DNA of 64,000 bases from an uncultured Gammaproteobacteria bacterium. GTDB taxonomy: Bacteria; Patescibacteriota; Microgenomatia; Daviesbacterales; UBA10151. Position 1 is the stretch's first letter. Every line of letters begins with the position of its first letter. This document shows positions 9,529-18,720 of the stretch, in pieces. Made by a program: the position numbers and the translations under genes. Under the pieces are notes generated by a model. The model was not told where the DNA came from. It ran no database searches and worked only from the letters and a program-made list of their open reading frames with translations. Location of the stretch: positions 38,912 to 102,911 of the forward strand of contig CAYUPO010000001.1 in assembly GCA_964446685.1 (NCBI GenBank), given 5' to 3'.

Positions 9529-10790
9529 AAAAAATCGTTCTTTTATCCGTTTATGGTGACAAAAATATAGGGGATGCTGCCATATTACAATCCTCACTTA
9601 AAATAATTGATAAATCTATTGATAGACTTTCAGAATTAACTATTTTTTGCGCTGATCCCAAATTCCTAACATTACCCAAATTAAATAGGCTGAAAATAAA
9701 TATCGCTCAAAAACCTTATGGTTATGCTATTCGTCATAAAGGACATTTTTATTCTGAAATATTAAAAATATTTTATTTTATCGAAATCTTCTTTTTTTCA
9801 GGAGTTTATTATGCTTTAGGTAAAATAAATCTAAAATTCTTACCTGATGCAGGATTTTATTCATATATTGGGATTATTCAAAGAGCCGACAGTGTTTTTA
9901 GCATCGGTGGCGGATATCTTAGAACAAAAAGTAAATATAAGGACTATTTCGGTTTATTGCTTACATTACTTCCTATAATTATTGCAAAAAAATTTAAAAA
10001 AAAGATCATATTTTTACCTATGTCATTTGGCAATTTTGCATCAAGTATCCATGCTAAGTTAAGTTTCAATGCAATAAAGGATTCTGTTTTATATATACGA
10101 GACGAAATTAGTCTTAAAACATTGAATAACATGTCTCCTAATTATACTTTAAACATTACTACAAGCCCTGATCTTGCATTATATATGAATTTTGAAGAAG
10201 CAAATTTAGCAAAAAAAATGCGTAGTAAATACATTGTCATGACTGCTAGAGTTTGGTTTAGTAATAGAAAAAAACAGGCATATTACGAAAACTCACTCAA
10301 ACTGTTAATCGAATTTTTATGGGATTCATTTCAAATTAAAACTATTTTTATACCAATGACATGGAATCAGAATGAAGATAATGATGAAGAAGTAGCTATA
10401 AGAATTCAAAAAAAATTATCCAATAGGAAAAGTTTTGAAATACTGAATGCAAAACATCCTTCAGAAGTATTAGAAATCTTAAGTAAAGCTTATTTTTCTG
10501 TTTGTACTCGAATGCATTCCGCGATTCTTTCTTCAGTAGTCAAAACACCATTCATATGTATTGAGTATGAATATAAAACATCAGGATTTCTTAAATTAAT
10601 GAATTTATCAAAGTGGAATATAAATATAAATAATGTAACTTTTGATTTATTAAAAGATAAAGTCTTAAAACTAAAAAAAGAGAAAAATTATTCTAAAATT
10701 CATAAACTGCTAAAAACTAAACATACGCAATTTAAAAAAGAAGAAGACAAACTTATAGAAATGCTTAATAAACAACTGAAAACTATATGA
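9525..10790 (+). CDS. Polysaccharide pyruvyltransferase (WcaK/CsaB-like)
   Basis: NIGDAAI, GGGY, IRDEIS, PDLA, TRMHSAI, YEYKT. Confidence 0.9.
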   Translation: MKKIVLLSVYGDKNIGDAAILQSSLKIIDKSIDRLSELTIFCADPKFLTLPKLNRLKINIAQKPYGYAIRHKGHFYSEILKIFYFIEIFFFSGVYYALGKINLKFLPDAGFYSYIGIIQRADSVFSIGGGYLRTKSKYKDYFGLLLTLLPIIIAKKFKKKIIFLPMSFGNFASSIHAKLSFNAIKDSVLYIRDEISLKTLNNMSPNYTLNITTSPDLALYMNFEEANLAKKMRSKYIVMTARVWFSNRKKQAYYENSLKLLIEFLWDSFQIKTIFIPMTWNQNEDNDEEVAIRIQKKLSNRKSFEILNAKHPSEVLEILSKAYFSVCTRMHSAILSSVVKTPFICIEYEYKTSGFLKLMNLSKWNININNVTFDLLKDKVLKLKKEKNYSKIHKLLKTKHTQFKKEEDKLIEMLNKQLKTI

Positions 10791-11599
10791 ATAATCCATT
10801 AGTAACAATAATTATGTCAGCTTATAATGATGAAAAGTATATACATTCTGCGATTGAAAGTATTATTAATCAAACATATAAAAACTGGAAACTGATATTA
10901 ATAAATGACGACTCTTCCGATAACACCGAGGCGGTCATCAAACCTTTTTTAAAAAATACAAATAGGATCAACTACATTAAGAATAAAAAGACTAATGGAT
11001 TAATTACAAACCTCAACTACGCGTTGGATTTGGCAGATGGCAAATACATAGCAAGATTAGATAGTGATGATATCTGGATTGATTCTGAGAAATTAAATGA
11101 TCAAGTAAATTATTTAGAAAATCATAAGGATTACGTTTTGACAGGTACGTGGGGATTTAAAATCTCATCAGATGAAACGCCGAAAGCTCCAATAATGTAT
11201 CCTGTTACTGATAAGAAAATTCATAACTATTTTTTAATTGAGAATTGTTTCATTCATAGTAGTGTGCTTATACGAAAAAGCACATTAGATAAAGTCGGAT
11301 TTTATGATCCTGAATTTCCATCTGCTGAAGATTATGGTCTCTGGGTAAAACTTGGAACGTCTGGGAAATTATATAATTTACCAAAATATATGACAGGTTA
11401 TAGAGTAAATCCTAAGGGTATAAGCTATAATAAATATGCTGAACAAATATCAAGTTCAATAAAAATTGTAAACAAATTTAAAGATTATTACCCTTTTTAT
11501 ACAATTGGTCTATTATTATGGTATGTGCGCAAGTTTTTTCCAAGAGATTTAAGAGAGGCGCTCTCAAGAAATTTTCGTTCACGTTTTGTATCTAAGTAG
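10787..11599 (+). CDS. Glycosyltransferase family 2
   Basis: IIMSAYN, INDDSSD, ARLDSDD, HSSV, AEDYGLW. Confidence 0.92.
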   Translation: MNNPLVTIIMSAYNDEKYIHSAIESIINQTYKNWKLILINDDSSDNTEAVIKPFLKNTNRINYIKNKKTNGLITNLNYALDLADGKYIARLDSDDIWIDSEKLNDQVNYLENHKDYVLTGTWGFKISSDETPKAPIMYPVTDKKIHNYFLIENCFIHSSVLIRKSTLDKVGFYDPEFPSAEDYGLWVKLGTSGKLYNLPKYMTGYRVNPKGISYNKYAEQISSSIKIVNKFKDYYPFYTIGLLLWYVRKFFPRDLREALSRNFRSRFVSK

Positions 11600-11602
11600 T
11601 AT

Positions 11603-13183
11603 ATGAATATTGTTAATAAATTATTATTAATGGCTAAAAGAAATGAAAATAAGATTATTATTTTAATATTGTTTCTGTTGAGTTTTTTTTCTTTTTTATA
11701 TTATTTTCAAGATTATAAACATCTCCCCTATGCAGATTCCCTTTCTCGATTAAATATAGCAAGGAAAATTGTTGATAATATTAACCCAGGATTGGCCCAA
11801 ATTGGTAATGTATGGTTACCCTTACCTCAACTATTGATGCTCCCCTTTATCTGGAATGATTATTTGTGGCACTCAGGCATAGCTGGTTACATAATGTCTG
11901 GTTCTATGTATATTCTTGGTGGTTACTTTGTATTTAAATCAGCTAAAAGAATCAGTAAATCCAGTATCGGAGCGATATGCAGTTTGGGTATATTTGCATT
12001 AAATATAAATCTCCTTTACCTTCAAACTACTGCAATGTCAGAGTCAATATTTTTGTGCTCCTTAGCTGCAACCATTTACTTTTTTCTACTTTGGTTTGAA
12101 AATAAAAAAACTTCCTATTTGATACTAGCCGCATTATCAGTTAGTGCAATGACATTAATCCGCTATGAGGGACTTGCACTTTTATTACCTTCGATTCCTA
12201 TGGTTTTCATCTATTCATATATACAAGACAGAAAGTATCACAATGCTGAAGGAGTAATCTGGCTATATTCAATGTTAGCATGCTTAGGTTTTAGTTTATG
12301 GACTCTCTACTTAACTGCTATATTTGGTGATCCACTTTATTGGAAAAATTATTATGCAACACCGCAAGCAACAGGTGGGGCAGTTGCTGCATATACTCAA
12401 GCAAAACCATTTATTGCTGCATTATGGCAATATTTTACATCATTTATATGGATGATAGGAATTATACCTACATTATTTGCAGGTTTAGGAACTGTAATCA
12501 TGATAATTATGTCAGTAAAAAAACGTAGCTGGATTTTTATGCCTTTGTTATTACCACTTTCAATTTTTCTTTTCATGGTTCTAACACTTCAACGCAACAC
12601 ACCGATTGTTCAACCAGATTTGACATGGACCAATATACTAAATCCACAAACTAGCCATGGTACTGGATTTAACATCCGTTATGGATTACTTCTACTTCCC
12701 TGGGTAGCAATAATGTCATCATACATTTTCAGATTTAGAATAAGAGCATTAAATGTACTTTTATTTATGCTAATGCTAGTTCAATTCCATACATACTGGT
12801 CACCTGATTATACAGTTATGTATAAAATTCCGGACCGAATAGCTCCTAAACCATATACTAATTTTACAAGTTGGATTCAGAAAAACCATGATGGAGGAAA
12901 AATATTAATAAGTGCGGGTTCTATGGAAGATCAGATGTTTCAAACAGGTTTTAATTACAGTACCTTTATTCATGAAGGAGCGGGTAAATACTGGACTGAA
13001 TCGCTTGATAACCCTTCGAGATATGCAAAATGGGTAGTAATTGATTACGGAAATAATACAGATACTCTTGCCAAAAAAATGAACCGTGTAGATATTTTAG
13101 AGAGAGAATATCAATTAGTTTATGAAGAAAGACAACTAAAAGTATTTAAGAAAATATCGGATCCGTATTTTGTTCTTAAATAA
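11603..13183 (+). CDS. GT-C fold glycosyltransferase (PMT/ArnT-like), paralog 1
   Basis: Multi-TM; YADSLSRLNIAR, GNVWLPLP, MSE, RYEG. Confidence 0.8.
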   Translation: MNIVNKLLLMAKRNENKIIILILFLLSFFSFLYYFQDYKHLPYADSLSRLNIARKIVDNINPGLAQIGNVWLPLPQLLMLPFIWNDYLWHSGIAGYIMSGSMYILGGYFVFKSAKRISKSSIGAICSLGIFALNINLLYLQTTAMSESIFLCSLAATIYFFLLWFENKKTSYLILAALSVSAMTLIRYEGLALLLPSIPMVFIYSYIQDRKYHNAEGVIWLYSMLACLGFSLWTLYLTAIFGDPLYWKNYYATPQATGGAVAAYTQAKPFIAALWQYFTSFIWMIGIIPTLFAGLGTVIMIIMSVKKRSWIFMPLLLPLSIFLFMVLTLQRNTPIVQPDLTWTNILNPQTSHGTGFNIRYGLLLLPWVAIMSSYIFRFRIRALNVLLFMLMLVQFHTYWSPDYTVMYKIPDRIAPKPYTNFTSWIQKNHDGGKILISAGSMEDQMFQTGFNYSTFIHEGAGKYWTESLDNPSRYAKWVVIDYGNNTDTLAKKMNRVDILEREYQLVYEERQLKVFKKISDPYFVLK

Positions 13184-13186
13184 CTT

Positions 13187-14698
13187 ATGAGTCTGGCAAA
13201 TCGTATTTCTGAGAATGGTGTGTTGATTGTTACTTTCTTTCTTTCCTGTGTTGCTCTTTATTTTAGTTTTATTAACAACTATATCCTGACTTACAATGAT
13301 GCAGCTTCTCATTTGAATATTGCCAGGAGAATTTTTGATAATCTGACTCCGGGTATTGCTCAGATTGGGACTGTTTGGTTGCCTTTGCCGCATTTGTTGA
13401 TGTTGCCTTTTGCCTGGAATGACTGGTTGTGGAATACCGGGTTTGCGGGGAGTGTGGTTTCGATGGGGGCTTTTTTGGGGAGTGTTTTTTTTACTTATAA
13501 AACAATTTATCTGGTCAGTAAAAGCTGGGTGGGAGGGATAATTGGGGCTTTGGTGATGGCTTTGAATCCGAATTTTTTGTATATCCAGACAACACCGATG
13601 ACAGAGCCGCTGTTGATCGCTAGCTTTATCATGTCGGTTTATTTTCTGGCTAAATATGTCCAGAACTGGCAGGTGCAATCTTTGCTGATTTCGAGTATTT
13701 TTGTCGCCTGCGCCACCCTGATTCGTTATGACGGCTGGTTTTTGTATGCTTTTCTGACTGCGCTACTGCCAATATGGATCTGGAAGTGGCGAGGGATAAA
13801 AGAAGCTGAGAGTAGTGTGATTTTGTTTTTGTTTATGGGTGGATTTGGGATTGTGACCTGGGTGGTGTGGAACTGGATGATTTTTGGAGATCCGCTTTAT
13901 TTTATTACTGGACCTTACTCGGCTTATGCTCAGCAGAGAGTTTTGAGTCAGGTCGGGCAGCTGCCGACTGAGGGAAATATTTATAACGCTGTTTTGTATT
14001 ATTTTTGGGCGGTTGTCAGTAATAATGGGATGATTTTATTTTTTAGTTCAGCGTTAAGTCTGCTGATTATCCCTTTTTTTGTAAAGCAGAAAAAGTTTTT
14101 AATTCTTTTTATGGCGGCTTTTTCACCAATTTTATTTAATGTAATTGCTTTATTTGTTGGTCAGTCGGCAATGAATGTGCCACAGGCCCCAACAAATCCA
14201 GGAATGTTTAATATCCGCTACGGGATGATGGCGTTGCCTTTTATTGCTTTGAGTCTGGGAATATTAGCTTCAGATAAATGGATGAGATTTCTGGTGATAT
14301 TTGTTTTGCTGCTGCAAAGTTGGGTGTTTTTTAAAGAAGGAATTCCTGTTTCACTGGCGGATGGTATTCATGGTAGAGAGCAGACTTATTATACTGTTGA
14401 AGCCAGTAAATGGCTGAGAGAAAATTATACCGGTGGTCTGATACTGACTAGTCTGGCTTCACATGATGCATTTGTAGCGAGAACTCAGCTGCCGATGAAA
14501 AATTATATTCATGAAGGGACTCAGGATCATTGGTATGACGCTCTGCATGATCCGTCTGAGGAAGTAGAATATATCGCCACCCTATCTTTTCCGCCAGATA
14601 GCGTCTATAAACAACTAGCGACCAATCCGACATTTTTGAAAAAGTATAAGATGATTCATAGTTATGAAAAGTTTGGGATTTATAAGAGGATAGACTAG
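13187..14698 (+). CDS. GT-C fold glycosyltransferase (PMT/ArnT-like), paralog 2
   Basis: YNDAASHLNIAR, GTVWLPLP, MTEP, RYDGW. Confidence 0.8.
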   Translation: MSLANRISENGVLIVTFFLSCVALYFSFINNYILTYNDAASHLNIARRIFDNLTPGIAQIGTVWLPLPHLLMLPFAWNDWLWNTGFAGSVVSMGAFLGSVFFTYKTIYLVSKSWVGGIIGALVMALNPNFLYIQTTPMTEPLLIASFIMSVYFLAKYVQNWQVQSLLISSIFVACATLIRYDGWFLYAFLTALLPIWIWKWRGIKEAESSVILFLFMGGFGIVTWVVWNWMIFGDPLYFITGPYSAYAQQRVLSQVGQLPTEGNIYNAVLYYFWAVVSNNGMILFFSSALSLLIIPFFVKQKKFLILFMAAFSPILFNVIALFVGQSAMNVPQAPTNPGMFNIRYGMMALPFIALSLGILASDKWMRFLVIFVLLLQSWVFFKEGIPVSLADGIHGREQTYYTVEASKWLRENYTGGLILTSLASHDAFVARTQLPMKNYIHEGTQDHWYDALHDPSEEVEYIATLSFPPDSVYKQLATNPTFLKKYKMIHSYEKFGIYKRID

Positions 14699-14725
14699 TA
14701 ACTTTTGTTGTTTGTGGCTCCATCA

Positions 14726-14864
14726 CGTCATTTCGAGTGTAACGAGAAATCCCTGCCTCGAGCGAAGTCGAGAGGTCAAGACTAGATGACCAAGCTCCTG
14801 CTTCGTAAAAAGGAACAAACCTGGTTTTAATCATGAGATCTCTCGCTCCTCGCTCGAGATGACA
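14726..14864. repeat. REP/BIME-like palindromic repeat cluster
   Basis: GTCATTTCGAGTGTAACGAGAAATC, a GAGCGAAGTCGAG hairpin, and inverted GAGATCTCTCGCTCCTCGCTCGAGATGACA. Confidence 0.85.
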
Positions 14865-14889
14865 TAGAAATAATTAATATAAAAGCTTT

Positions 14890-16215
14890 ATGAGAAGACA
14901 CGATAATACTACGCAAAAAAAACTGACATCTGTTTTAACATTTATTCTGGTTTTGATTATTCTGCCGGTGGTTTTTGGGACGGTCTTTTCCAGTCAGTCT
15001 GAAAATACTTCTGGACTGTCTACCCCTGTTGTACAGACCTCTCCCTGCATCTGGCAGATCTGTTCGATTGATACCATGAAAACTTCCCGTGATCTGGCCA
15101 GAACCCATTTAAACAATCCGGCATATGATAGTGAAATCCAAAACCAGCTGCGTCTGATTAAACAAACCGGCGCTTCCTATGTCTCGATCACCACTCCCTA
15201 TGATGAGGAATTCAGACCCTATCTAAAAAGGTGGGTCACACTAGCCAGACAGGAGGGCTTAAAGGTCTGGTTTCGGGGCAACTGGTCATCCTGGGAAGGA
15301 TGGTTTGGATATCCCAAAGATATGTCACCTGAACAACATCTGATAAAAAATTCACAATTTATTACCAGTAACACAGCTTTATTTCAAAACGGTGATATTT
15401 TTGATCCCTGTCCGGAATGTGAGAACGCTGCCTTCTGGCCGCAGGACGCGAAAAATCAGGATTATCGCAACTTTTTGCAGACTCAGCAAAAGCAAACCAA
15501 AGAAGACTTTAAAAAAATTAACAAACAGGTAAGGGTTTTACCATCAGTAATTGGTGGAAGAGCCAAAGATGTTTTGGATAAACAATCTTTTGATAGTCTG
15601 GATAAAATCATCAGTATCGATCATTACATCAAACAACCACAGGGAATGGCTGAATATGTTGATTATTTTGATAAAAAGTTTGATACCAAAGTATTGGTCA
15701 GTGAATTTGGAGCACCAATTCCGGATATGAACGGACCGATGGATGAAAAACAACAGGCTGCATTTATCAAAAGTATTTTAGAGACTTTGTATAAAAAAGG
15801 TGACAAAGTGGTCGGATTAAATTACTGGGTTTTATCTGAAGGGACAACTATGCTGGTAAACAATGATGGCTCAACCAGACTGGCCTATGACATAGTAAAG
15901 CAGTATTTTAATCCATCTGTTGTGGAGGGCAGAGTGACTGATTCACTGGATCAGGGAGTGTCAGGGCTGGTGGTAAAAACAACGGATAATGCCTCTGTCA
16001 CAAAAACTAATGAAAATGGCTATTTCCAGCTGCATATTCCACCCCGGAAATTTGAAATAGTAGTTGATGATCCATCTTTTTATTCACAAACAGCTTCACT
16101 TACGACAACTACCAGTGGAGAAAAAATTTCCTATAATTTTTTTGTGGCACCTAAGAATCCGGGAATCTGGTATAAATTAAAACTGTTCTGGAAGAATACC
16201 ATCCACAAAAGCTAG
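14890..16215 (+). CDS. Membrane-anchored clan GH-A-like glycoside hydrolase with C-terminal carboxypeptidase-regulatory-like domain
   Basis: N-terminal TM; PCPECEN (putative acid/base), SIDHY, VSEFGAP (putative nucleophile), GLNYW; VEGRVTD..TKTNENGYF. Confidence 0.65.
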   Translation: MRRHDNTTQKKLTSVLTFILVLIILPVVFGTVFSSQSENTSGLSTPVVQTSPCIWQICSIDTMKTSRDLARTHLNNPAYDSEIQNQLRLIKQTGASYVSITTPYDEEFRPYLKRWVTLARQEGLKVWFRGNWSSWEGWFGYPKDMSPEQHLIKNSQFITSNTALFQNGDIFDPCPECENAAFWPQDAKNQDYRNFLQTQQKQTKEDFKKINKQVRVLPSVIGGRAKDVLDKQSFDSLDKIISIDHYIKQPQGMAEYVDYFDKKFDTKVLVSEFGAPIPDMNGPMDEKQQAAFIKSILETLYKKGDKVVGLNYWVLSEGTTMLVNNDGSTRLAYDIVKQYFNPSVVEGRVTDSLDQGVSGLVVKTTDNASVTKTNENGYFQLHIPPRKFEIVVDDPSFYSQTASLTTTTSGEKISYNFFVAPKNPGIWYKLKLFWKNTIHKS

Positions 16216-16230
16216 CTTTTTTTTAAAAAT

Positions 16231-17799
16231 ATGTCCCCCTCTTTCAAATTATTGGTGATCCGAAGCGTGATGTGGCTAAGTTTTTTGGCCTTAATAGGAT
16301 ATATCTATCAGGACAATTTATTAACCTGGTTTAAAACAACTCCTCAGGAATCGGAGAAAGCGAAATTTGCCCGGACACCTTTTGTTAGCGTTGTTGGTAC
16401 AAAACTGTATCTGGAGGGAGAGGAATACCGTTTTACAGGTGTTAATGCTTATCATCTGGCCACTTTAAACGGAGCTAATGCCGGCTGTGGCGGACAGGAA
16501 AATGATCTGACTGGTTTTATGTCAAAACTGCGGCCTTTTTCTGTGATCAGACTGTGGGCATTTCAGGGAGGACAGGCTACCAATGTCACAACCAGACAGA
16601 TCGACTGGTCTGGAATTGACCGGGTGGTGAACTCAGCCCAGCAGAATAATATTAAACTAATACTGACGCTAGCAGATCAATCCGGCACCTGTGATGATGG
16701 CCATTGGAAAGATTTAAGCTGGTATCTGGGTGGATATAAAAAGCCGGTAAATGATTTAAACAACGGCCTGACTCCTCTGTCTTATTTAGACTATGTGAAG
16801 TTGATTGTCTCCAGTTACAAAGACTCCACTGCTATTGCGATGTGGGAAATGATTAATGAACCGGAAGCTTCTGACTGCCCGGCAGGCTTTAAAGGTTCTG
16901 CCTGTTACCAAAAACAGATTTGCCCGGATGAGCAAAAAGCTACCAAAGCCATGCGTAGTTTTTTTGACACTGTGGGGGGAACAATTAAATCAATTGATAA
17001 AAACCATCTGATCAGCTCCGGACTTTTGGGAGACGGACAATGCGGAGCAGTCTGGGAAGATTATCAGTATCTGCATCAAAGTGACATGATAGATGTAGCC
17101 AGCTACCATGATTATCAAAGAGACAATGAACCATTTCCAGGAGATCAGTGGAATGGTCTGCAAAAAAGACTGGATCAGATGAAACAGATTAATAAACCAC
17201 TAATTATTGGTGAAGTCGGAATAAAAGCAGCAAATAATTCATCAGAATGTGTCAGTCTGACAGTCCGCAAAGATAAATTTAAAGCTAAAATGGATGCCCA
17301 GTTTGCAGCAGGTATCGCTGGATTTCTTCCCTGGTCTTTTACAAACGGAAAAACAGTTAACTGTAACTACGATATTATAGATGATGATCCGGTATTGAAA
17401 CTGCTTAATGATTACCCATTAAGCCAAAGCTCTTTCAATAACCCAGTTCCCTCTTCTCTGCTACAATTTTATACTTTTAGTCCTCTCCCCTCACCACTTA
17501 TTCCCTCTCCTTCTCCAGACATGACTCCTCCGACAGCTCCAACCCTTCTTAAGGCTCTATCTGTTACAGCCACCCAAATTAACTTAAGCTGGAAAGCTTC
17601 AACTGATAATAAAGGCATCATCAGATATGACATCTTCCGCAATGGCAGCTATCTGACATCAACCGATCAAACCAGTTTTAATAATACTGGTCTGACGCCC
17701 TCCACTTCCTATTCCTATCAGGTAAAAGGGAAAGATGAAGCAGCAAATAATTCACCTGCTTCAAATACTTTAAATATAACTACTCTTACTCTTAATTAG
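16231..17799 (+). CDS. GH5 glycoside hydrolase (mannanase-like) + Pro/Ser linker + FN3 domain
   Basis: FTGVNAY, IRLWAF, WEMINEP, SYHDY, IIGEVG; PPTAPT..INLSWKASTDN..YSYQV. Confidence 0.88.
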   Translation: MSPSFKLLVIRSVMWLSFLALIGYIYQDNLLTWFKTTPQESEKAKFARTPFVSVVGTKLYLEGEEYRFTGVNAYHLATLNGANAGCGGQENDLTGFMSKLRPFSVIRLWAFQGGQATNVTTRQIDWSGIDRVVNSAQQNNIKLILTLADQSGTCDDGHWKDLSWYLGGYKKPVNDLNNGLTPLSYLDYVKLIVSSYKDSTAIAMWEMINEPEASDCPAGFKGSACYQKQICPDEQKATKAMRSFFDTVGGTIKSIDKNHLISSGLLGDGQCGAVWEDYQYLHQSDMIDVASYHDYQRDNEPFPGDQWNGLQKRLDQMKQINKPLIIGEVGIKAANNSSECVSLTVRKDKFKAKMDAQFAAGIAGFLPWSFTNGKTVNCNYDIIDDDPVLKLLNDYPLSQSSFNNPVPSSLLQFYTFSPLPSPLIPSPSPDMTPPTAPTLLKALSVTATQINLSWKASTDNKGIIRYDIFRNGSYLTSTDQTSFNNTGLTPSTSYSYQVKGKDEAANNSPASNTLNITTLTLN

Positions 17800-17857
17800 T
17801 TTTATATAGTAATGTTAATGTTTTGCTTTCTTACAACTTTCTGATACGATAACCACG

Positions 17858-18667
17858 ATGAATTTTGAAACCCTTCAAAAAGGAATCTACAGTTTAGTCA
17901 TGAGTGTGAGTGTTACATTAGGTTCTACTCTTCTCCCCCCCTCTCCTTCTTCACCCTCTCAAAATGCCCTGCAGGATCCTGGAGTAATTGAATCTTTTAA
18001 TGTACCAGCTGAAAATTCGCTGGACAATTACAATATCGAAATCCCAACAGCAATTGCGTCTTCTGAGGAAACCACACCCTCTCCCCTGCCTGAAGTCAAA
18101 GTGCTGGGTACTGAACATAAAATTTTAGCCTCAGAAATTGTTGAAGAAGCTACAAAAGCCGCAATAGTCACTGTCGAACTACCTGCCAAACCTCAAAAAA
18201 AGCTTGTTAAAGCAGATGAAAAAGCAAAAATAGAGCCCAAAGCAGAAAGCCCAAAAAAAGAGGAATCTGAAGTAGCCAAAGAAACCCCCTCTTCTGTTCC
18301 GGTAATTCAGAAACTGGCAGCAAATGCCGAAAAACTGTTTGAAATGGCCAATCAACATCGGAAAGAGTTAGGTCTGGCTCCATTTGAGAAAGAGGAAAAA
18401 ATTTGCAAAATTGCTGAAACAAGAGCTCCACAGGTCCATGATGAGGTATTTGTCGAAGGACCGCTACACAAAGGCTTTAAAGCTTTAAACCTGCCTTACT
18501 GGGCAACTGAAAATATAGCTGCTTATTCCACTATTGAACAAAATTTTAAATTCTGGATCACTGATGCAATTCATAAAAAAGCGGTTGAAGGACCTTCCAA
18601 ATATAGCTGTATTGCCTGCTCCGGCACCTCCTGCTCCCAAATATTCACCAGCTTTATTCCAAAATAA
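17858..18667 (+). CDS. CAP/SCP domain protein
   Basis: NQHRKELGLAP, ENIA, FWITDAIHKK, Cys-rich end; low-complexity linker. Confidence 0.85.
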   Translation: MNFETLQKGIYSLVMSVSVTLGSTLLPPSPSSPSQNALQDPGVIESFNVPAENSLDNYNIEIPTAIASSEETTPSPLPEVKVLGTEHKILASEIVEEATKAAIVTVELPAKPQKKLVKADEKAKIEPKAESPKKEESEVAKETPSSVPVIQKLAANAEKLFEMANQHRKELGLAPFEKEEKICKIAETRAPQVHDEVFVEGPLHKGFKALNLPYWATENIAAYSTIEQNFKFWITDAIHKKAVEGPSKYSCIACSGTSCSQIFTSFIPK

Positions 18668-18720
18668 TACAACTACTCTTGTCATCCAACTTATAGTTAT
18701 ATATACTGCTTTTTTGCATT

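Noticed and set aside
13136-13678. 180-aa minus-strand ORF
   Set aside because: Shadow of the G/T-skewed GT-C gene, with no recognisable motif.
14448-14834. 128-aa minus-strand ORF
   Set aside because: Antisense to GT-C paralog 2 and runs through the REP cluster.
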